Source: Piromyces finnis finn (taxonomy: Eukaryota > Fungi > Neocallimastigomycota). From it: a stretch of DNA of 64,000 nt. Below, piece after piece: positions 57,201 through 64,000 of this stretch. Below the pieces are notes generated by a model, which was not told the origin of the DNA, did not search any database, and saw nothing but the letters and a program-made list of their open reading frames with translations. Made by a program: the position numbers and the translations under genes. Location of the stretch: the NCBI GenBank assembly GCA_002104945.1, contig MCFH01000101.1, positions 8,373 to 72,372 of the forward strand. The letters run 5' to 3'. Numbering within the stretch: the stretch's first letter is position 1; each line of letters opens with the position of its first letter.

Positions 57201-58735
57201 TCTGATTTAGAGTTTTGAATCGGATTTGAGAATAGAATTGGATTGAATATTAGAATCAGAAAAAGAAGTCAAAACAGAAGTTGGTTCTTGATTTGAGAGA
57301 GACGAAGTAGAAAAGTTAACAGAAGACTTCTTAGAAACAGAATTGTTAATATTTTTTGAAGAACCCGAACAGAGAATAGTACAAGTACGATTAGTTTCGT
57401 TTTGAGATTGGATGTTTTGTTTATCGACAAATATAGGGTAAGTGAATGAATCATGCGGAGGTTCGTAGGAAGGATCTTCCATTGCAGGAAAAGCAGATCT
57501 TTCTTCAGGAAATTCAGGGACATTATTGGAGAGTGTTATACAACGATTATAACAGTAATCGGATACAAATGAAATTTTGTTCTTTGTGAAATCGATAGAA
57601 GGATTGTGTTCTTTAAGCCAATCTATTCCAAGAATACAAGGATAATAAGGTAGATTCAGTTACATAGAATTGTGTTCGACAGAGATGATCTTTGTAGCGA
57701 AGATTCAAAGGAGATGTAATTCCAAAAAGAGATTGTCGACCACCGATACCAACGATATTTGGTAGGTTACCGTCATCATGATAAGGAATGTTATTATCGT
57801 TACAGTAATCTACATCAATTAAATTAAGTTTGGATCCTGAGTCAATAAGAATATCCGTATTTAGTTCATAAGAAAGTTTAAATTTAGTTGTCATTTTATT
57901 ATGAGTTTTGTTTTCTTCTTTAGGAGCGGATATAAGTGGTGGGAATAGATATTAGTGAAGGATTTTCACGATCTTTATTCTTTCTTTTTGGACAATTATT
58001 AAGCTTATGACTTGAAGCACCACAATACACACAAAGATTTTCTTTCTTTCTTCTTTCCTTTTCTTCGTTTGAGATAGGGCCATGGTTATTCCTGTTTGTA
58101 ATGGACTTTGTTATTTTTGAAGAGTGATGAAAAGATCTTTTCTTTCGGTTTTGGTCATTGTTTGAACCAGAAGGGAAAAAGGTATGATGTGTAGATAATC
58201 TTGAATCGATTCTTGAAGCAATAGTCTGTAATGAAAGAAGATCCCTAGGACCCGGAAACATTTCCAAAATACGAACGGCAACTTGTTGATTAAGGCCAGC
58301 TATAAATGCATCCATTTTGGCTTGTTCATTCCAGTTTGATTCATCAGCATAGCGGTTAAATTCCAAGATATAGCCTCTATTCCTCCTAATCGGCGTTGTT
58401 TTAAGGTTCTAAGCATTTGATTTGCAACATAGGTAGCATCGTTATATCCATAAAAAGCCTTAAATCTGTCAACAAAAGCTTGGTAGTTATTAAGACACGG
58501 ATCATGGTTGTTTATAGAGTAGCAGCCCAGTTCATAGCGTCTCCATAAAGTCTTGATATTATGTAGAGAATTTTGGTTGCGTCGTCTTGATACCGTTCAG
58601 GATATAGCATAAACACTAGCTCCACCTTAGCTAAGAAACCCTTCAGATACCTGCGATCCCCTGCAAAACCATCCTTAAGAGTTGCGTTTTCGAAATATTA
58701 TTATTATCCATGTGGTTGTTTTCGTTCTCTTCCAT
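54280..58735 (-). pseudogene. gag-pol: gag-pol of nested chromovirus (frameshifted)
   Basis: CVYCGASSHKLNNC knuckle, [30 protein letters not shown], chromodomain [25 protein letters not shown]...SWEP at about 54325-54447. Confidence 0.95.
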
Positions 58736-59607
58736 AGTACTTATGATGTTTTCTTTAATAAGCTTTAATAAATTTGTAAAAATAATAGAATAAAGTATTT
58801 AATTATATTTATTAATTGAGTAAATCTTTTTATTAAATAATAATATAAACCAGATTATATAGTGTTAAACCATCAAATATATAACCTGTTTTATTCTTTA
58901 TAATAAGTCCTTCGTAGCTCTTCACGATAACACGTATAAAGTCGATTGTTAATATTAATTAATTAATAAAAGAAAGGAACGGTGTAAAAATTTTTTTTAG
59001 TGTCTAACTTATTGTTAGCAATAAAAATTATTACAGGTTTTCTTTCCCTATATCAACCTTATCGAACGTAGAAGTATTATGTATAAGAGTTTAACATCTC
59101 ACGCTAAAGGAGTTATAAAGAATATTATTTTATATTATTACAATTTTAATAAATTGTCTTAACAATTAATAATTATAATTAGAAATTGTTTTATTAGAAA
59201 ACTTAATTTTAAAATGTATTAATTAAGAAATATTATTTTATTAAAGTAAGGCATTTCCGGCTATTTTCCGGTCTATAATCAAACAGCAAAAGATAGTATA
59301 CAACTATAAATCTCACGCCAGCTTGCTTATTACAGCGTCTTGTACGTGGTGTACCTCGGATTCTCCTACTTCCTTATTCAAAGTAGAATAGCTCAGAGCC
59401 TGCCAACCCAATTATTGTACAGGTTAAACTCGATCCCGTTAATCTTTTACTTTTTATAGTTTGAATTATATACCGCTTCTAAAGCGTACTAATTCTACTA
59501 CTTTAAGTAAAAATATTTCTTTAAAGAAAAGCTTCAACAATAAAACTTAAAAGTTTTATCTATAACAATTTCTTAAACACTAAGGTATTAAGCTTTTATA
59601 TTATAAG

Positions 59608-59617
59608 GAGATTTTAT
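59608..59617 (-). promoter_or_regulatory. Self-priming PBS of nested chromovirus
   Basis: Sense ATAAAATCTC abuts the 5' LTR and is complementary to sense GAGATTTTAT inside the LTR (59787-59796). Confidence 0.75.
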
Positions 59618-60055
59618 TGTAAAGAAATGTGTCTTTAACAATAAAACAAATTATAATATTTACTAAATAACTTAGTAATATTAACACTTTAAAATATTCT
59701 GTAAATTATTAATTTATAAAAATATCATTAAAAACACATAGAATTTAACTTAATAAGTTAGTGTTTAATAATATAATTATTTATTAATAAAATCTCGATT
59801 CTTTAAAATATTTGGGAAATTCACTCGTATTTATACTAAAAATTTTTAAATTAATTTATAAAATTTTTTCAACTTAAAATTCTTAACCAATCAATAATCT
59901 TCATATAAAATAAAATTTAAAAATAAAATAAATAAAAATAAATTATAATTTTTTTTTAAAATAGTATCTATGAGGTCTCGAACTAGTGTCATTCAGACTC
60001 AAAGTCTTAGCTACTAACCACTAAGACAATTTAGTTATTTCTAGTATTCATTACA
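59618..60055 (-). repeat. 5' LTR of nested chromovirus
   Basis: Paired with 53533-53970. Confidence 0.96.
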
Positions 60056-60060
60056 CCCGG

Positions 60061-61372
60061 ACTATAAACTCCATTTGCCATCTGAACCCGAAGCCATTTT
60101 AAAAGATAATGTTTTCTGCTGTTCTATGACAGATAATTTGGATAATATCATTAAAGCGCAGAAGTCTGATAAATTTTGTAGGGAAACTTTGGCTAAAGTC
60201 AAATCAAACTCTGACGGTTTTAAAAGTTCTTTGTTCAGCCTCGTCGATGGTGTTCTACATTTCCAAAAACGCATCATTGTTCCATCCTCACTCAAGGTTA
60301 GACTTCTTAAGTCCTTCCATGATGCTCCAACAAGTGGCCATCAGGGTGTAGATAGAACCTTTGAAAAACTTAAAAGATTTTACTGGTGGCCGAATATGAA
60401 AAAGGACATAACTAATTATGTGCTTTCGTGCGACATCTGTAGTAAAAGTAAAATACGGAGGCATAAACCTTATGGCAAACTATTGCCACTTCCTACTCTA
60501 CAAAACCCTGGGAAGTAATCGGTATTGACTTCATAGTCTCTTTGCCTCGTCTCAAGATTGCACTTGTATCATGATTGCCTCAGACCATTTAACAAAAATG
60601 GTTCATTTGGTTCCTTGTGCTGACGTCCCCTCTGCCGATCTTACTGCCAAGCTCTTGTTATTCCAAGTTTTTAAATTTCATGGATTCCTAAAATAATAGT
60701 ATCCGACCATGGCTCACAATTTTCCTCCCAATTTTGGACCTCTTTATGCTCGGCGTTACATGCTAAACCTAGTCTAGCTACTGCCCATCACCAGCAATCA
60801 AATGGGCAAGTTGAAAGAGCAAATGCTGTTATCGAACAATATCTTAGGTGTTATTGTTCCTCTTCTCAAAATGAATGGTGTTATTATCTTCCATTATGCG
60901 AGATTGCATACAACAATTCTATTCACAGGTCAATTAAGCAAACACCCTTTCATGCCAATTACGGTTTTCACCCTAACTTCTTTATTGACTCTCCTCCTAT
61001 ACTTCTTAAGGACAACGCCTCAGTTCTAACAAGGAATTGGGCTGCACATTTTGATGCACTTCGTCTCCATCTCATTAAAGCTAAGGAAGATTTCAAGAAA
61101 TTTGGCGATTCTAAAAAATCCTCAGGTCCTTCACTTCAAGTTAATGATTTAGTTATGCTGAAAAGATACTATTTTTCTAATGAACCTTCCAAAAAACTTT
61201 CATCACAATACTTAGGACCTTTTCGTATTTTAGAAAAAGGGAGAGAATGAATTACAGGCTGGAACTTCCTGATAGTCTACATCTCCATCCAGTATTCCAT
61301 ATATCACAGCTAGAGCCATATACAAAAAGAAGGGAAGATTTGAAAGAACAAGAGTTAAAAGGAGCAATGTAA
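60061..61372 (+). pseudogene. pol: Integrase of family-E element (no chromodomain)
   Basis: HDAPTSGHQG/CDIC, DHGSQF, ERAN, GPF...HPVFHISQLEPY, then stop at the LTR boundary. Confidence 0.92.
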
Positions 61373-62306
61373 GAAATATTAATTATTCATAATTGAATAA
61401 TTATTATTTCTTATTATTTAATACAAATTTATTTAAATTATTATTTTCTATACATTCAACTATTACTAATAATTTATTAAATTATTTAATATTTCATTCA
61501 TTTAGTTAATACTTATGATTTACTTAAAATATTAATTTTATATACACTTATATAAAATATAAAATTTATTTACTTGCTATATTATATATTTAATTAACTT
61601 TATAAATTTATTTAATTATTAATTTTTATGTACATTTAATTAATATAAATAATTTATTTACTTATTATTTATCTTATACATTTAATTTTGACTAACTATA
61701 TTCATTACACTTATTGTTTTAAATTATGTATTAATTATATTTTATGTATTGTATTAAGCACGGATAAAATAGGAATCGGAATTTTAAGGTTTTCCCGATT
61801 TCGCTTTAAAGAAGCATTCGGTTTTACTTAAAATTACACGAAGATCAATATGACTAGAATATTGATCGAAAATCATGTTTAGGTTTTTCTTCTAGTCTTT
61901 TCCTAAACATTTTATTTGTTAAGATTAGAACCCGTTTATTTAACCTTATTTTTTAATAAAATTATAAATAAAACACTCTTGAAATTCCTTAGAAATTCAA
62001 GAGTTATTATTATAAAGGAATACGTTATAATAAATAACATAAATACATTTTTCTTTTTAATTAAATAAAATATCCTTCTAATAAATCAGTAATTTAAAAA
62101 AAAAAAACTTACGACCCATTTGACTCTTTGTGTTTGGTTGTTTATTATAAATCTTTATAATAAACTCGATAAGTTTTATTTTTACTTTCTATTTTCTATT
62201 CTAATTTGTTCAATACTTCTTATTTCCGCATAATAATACTACAATATTATTCGTTAATATTATTGTAGATAGTAATTTCTGTAAACAATAATAAGAAATT
62301 ACTACA
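61368..62306 (+). repeat. 3' LTR of family-E element
   Basis: TGTAAGAAAT...ATTACTACA after the PPT. Confidence 0.93.
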
Positions 62307-62316
62307 CGAATCTATT

Positions 62317-62808
62317 TGTAAAAGGTTTTTATATATGTTAGTTAATAAGTTAATTATAACAAGTTAATTAAGTTAGTTATTACCTCTCTATACGAGTTAA
62401 TAACTAAATAAAGTTTTATAAAAATAATAAAAGAACTAAAATAAATATTATAACACAAAAATAAATATAACACAATAAATATTAATATGAAATATTATTT
62501 ACTTAAATAATTATTATAATTATTATCTTTTATTTATTAATTATAATTATCTACATTAATTATTATTATAGTTATTAATTTACTTTAATACTAACGCTAA
62601 GGTATTTAACATTAGTTTTGACTATACTATTTAACTATATGAGTTTATTTTCTTTACCACTTGATTGGGTAAAGCAAATAAACTTCCTATTTAAATAATA
62701 ACCATTAATATATGGTTATGCATATATTTGGCCAATAAATGATGACCAGAATATATGGTTTCAATTGAAATATTCGTGGGCAAACTTATGGCCACAATAT
62801 TTCTTACA
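62317..62808 (-). repeat. 3' LTR of family-D element
   Basis: Sense TGTAAGAAATATTGTGGCC...CCTTTTACA. Confidence 0.94.
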
Positions 62809-62829
62809 ATGCCCCCCTAAGGAGAAAAC

Positions 62830-63837
62830 CTAGGCAGGGTTTTGGACACTAACCATGAATTCCTGGTAGCATTTATCTTGAAATTCCTTGAGTAGCTTAT
62901 CATAGTGGGAGTTCTTGTCAATGATGTCAGCATCAACCCACTCTTGCCTACAGTCACTAAAGGTAGCTAAATATTGGTAGTTATCCTTCTTTCTTCTAGC
63001 ATTCATGATTTTGATTATTTTCTGGTAGCCCACTGGTGCTGGTGTTAGTTCTTCAGGTTTGTTATGGTAGGGTTCAAGTTCACTGATATGAAACACTGGG
63101 TAGACGTTGGGGAAAGGTGACTTGCTGATATCCAACCGGTAGTTAAGCTTGGTTTCATCAATTCCAATAACCTTGAAGGGACCGTACTTTCTTGCTTGTA
63201 GCTTGTAGAAGGGAAGAGGGTTGTAATTTTCTGGTTTTCTTAACCACACCAAATCCATGAGCCTAATTTTAGGGTAGTTAAGTTCTCTTCTCTGGTCCAA
63301 GTGGTCTAAGAACCGTGTTCTTGATATGTCCAGCATGTGCTTTAGGTTACCTAAGTTGTGAGCGAAGCTATCTAATATAGGAGCTTCACCAAGTGAGTGG
63401 ACAAGTTCTGAGTCTTGAGGGTTCATATGTACCTGGTAGTTATACAAGGCTAGGAATGGGGACTGCTTAGTAGAACTGTGTACTGCATTATTATAGCAGA
63501 ACTCAGCTAAGTACAAGTACTTTAACCATTCGTCGTCATCAAAGGTCTTCACAAAGCATCTAAGGTACATACTTACGTAGGAGTTATTGCGTTCTACCTG
63601 ACCAACTGTTTCATGATGGCCAGTAGTAGCAAGGTTTACTTCTACGCCAAAGAACCCCATAATGTCCTTCCACAACTTACTAGTGAACTGGACACCACGA
63701 TCCGTAGTAACCGATTTGGGACAACCATGTAACTTGAATACATGTTGTAAGTATGCTAATGCTGTTTCTTTAGCAGTAGGCATACTCCTAAATCCCACTA
63801 AGTGTATCATTTTGGTTAACTTGTCGCTACAAACCAT
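62830..63837 (-). CDS. pol: Integrase core, GPY/F motif and divergent chromodomain-like C-terminus of family D (upstream part frameshifted)
   Basis: TDRGVQF, ERNN, KYGPFKV, YPVFHISELEPY, then IIKIMNARRKKDNYQYLATFSDCRQEW. Confidence 0.9.
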   Translation of the reverse strand: MVCSDKLTKMIHLVGFRSMPTAKETALAYLQHVFKLHGCPKSVTTDRGVQFTSKLWKDIMGFFGVEVNLATTGHHETVGQVERNNSYVSMYLRCFVKTFDDDEWLKYLYLAEFCYNNAVHSSTKQSPFLALYNYQVHMNPQDSELVHSLGEAPILDSFAHNLGNLKHMLDISRTRFLDHLDQRRELNYPKIRLMDLVWLRKPENYNPLPFYKLQARKYGPFKVIGIDETKLNYRLDISKSPFPNVYPVFHISELEPYHNKPEELTPAPVGYQKIIKIMNARRKKDNYQYLATFSDCRQEWVDADIIDKNSHYDKLLKEFQDKCYQEFMVSVQNPA

Positions 63838-64000
63838 GATACAACTCTTCTAGTGACTTCTGGGGTTCTGAGGAACTACTACCTGGTTTTCTGCGTTCCT
63901 TAATAGGTAGGTTCGTCAGGAAGTCAATTTCTACTTCTTGCCAAGGTAAGTCTGCAACTTTTTACCCTAGCAGCGCTACCGTACGGCTTGTGTCTTGTTG

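Larger units (their letters stand above)
53533..60055 (-). mobile_element. Nested chromovirus (Ty3/gypsy) with two 438-bp LTRs, TSD CCCGG
   Basis: CCCGG at 53528-53532 and 60056-60060; near-identical TG...CA LTRs; gag-pol with chromodomain on minus strand. Confidence 0.97.
50237..62306 (+). mobile_element. Ty3/gypsy (Tf1/sushi-like) retrotransposon, family E, interrupted by a nested element
   Basis: 5' LTR remnant, self-priming PBS, gag-PR-RT-RH, nested element, IN, PPT AAAAGGAGCAA, 3' LTR. Confidence 0.95.
62317..64000 (-). mobile_element. Ty3/gypsy element of family D (3' part; continues beyond window)
   Basis: Integrase, PPT TTAGGGGGGCAT (62809-62820), 3' LTR homologous to solo LTRs at 14094 and 16737. 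Confidence 0.95.

Overview
Extremely AT-rich eukaryotic DNA. Composition and element types suggest an anaerobic gut fungus (Neocallimastigomycota); this is an inference. I found no recognisable host protein-coding gene. The window holds 13 tRNA genes (partial Ser, Met x2, iMet, Val, Glu x2, Arg x3, Trp x2, Gly), including three closely spaced pairs, embedded in Ty3/gypsy LTR retrotransposons: five internal-domain copies or fragments, one nested pair, one putative non-autonomous element and about 30 solo or partial LTRs of roughly 12 families. My family labels A-O are ad hoc. Micro- and minisatellites fill much of the rest. Main discovery: the LTRs are stacked on the 5' side of tRNA genes. Peeling off nested insertions by their 5-bp target-site duplications (TSDs) puts insertion points in two narrow windows upstream of the mature tRNA 5' end, about 12-17 bp (families D, E) and about 62-69 bp (families C, F, G, I, K). 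This looks like a multi-family, two-window tRNA-gene-targeting system. Three elements also show Tf1-type self-priming signatures, and one has a fold-back 5' end. All coordinates, alignments and distances were counted by eye and should be verified computationally.
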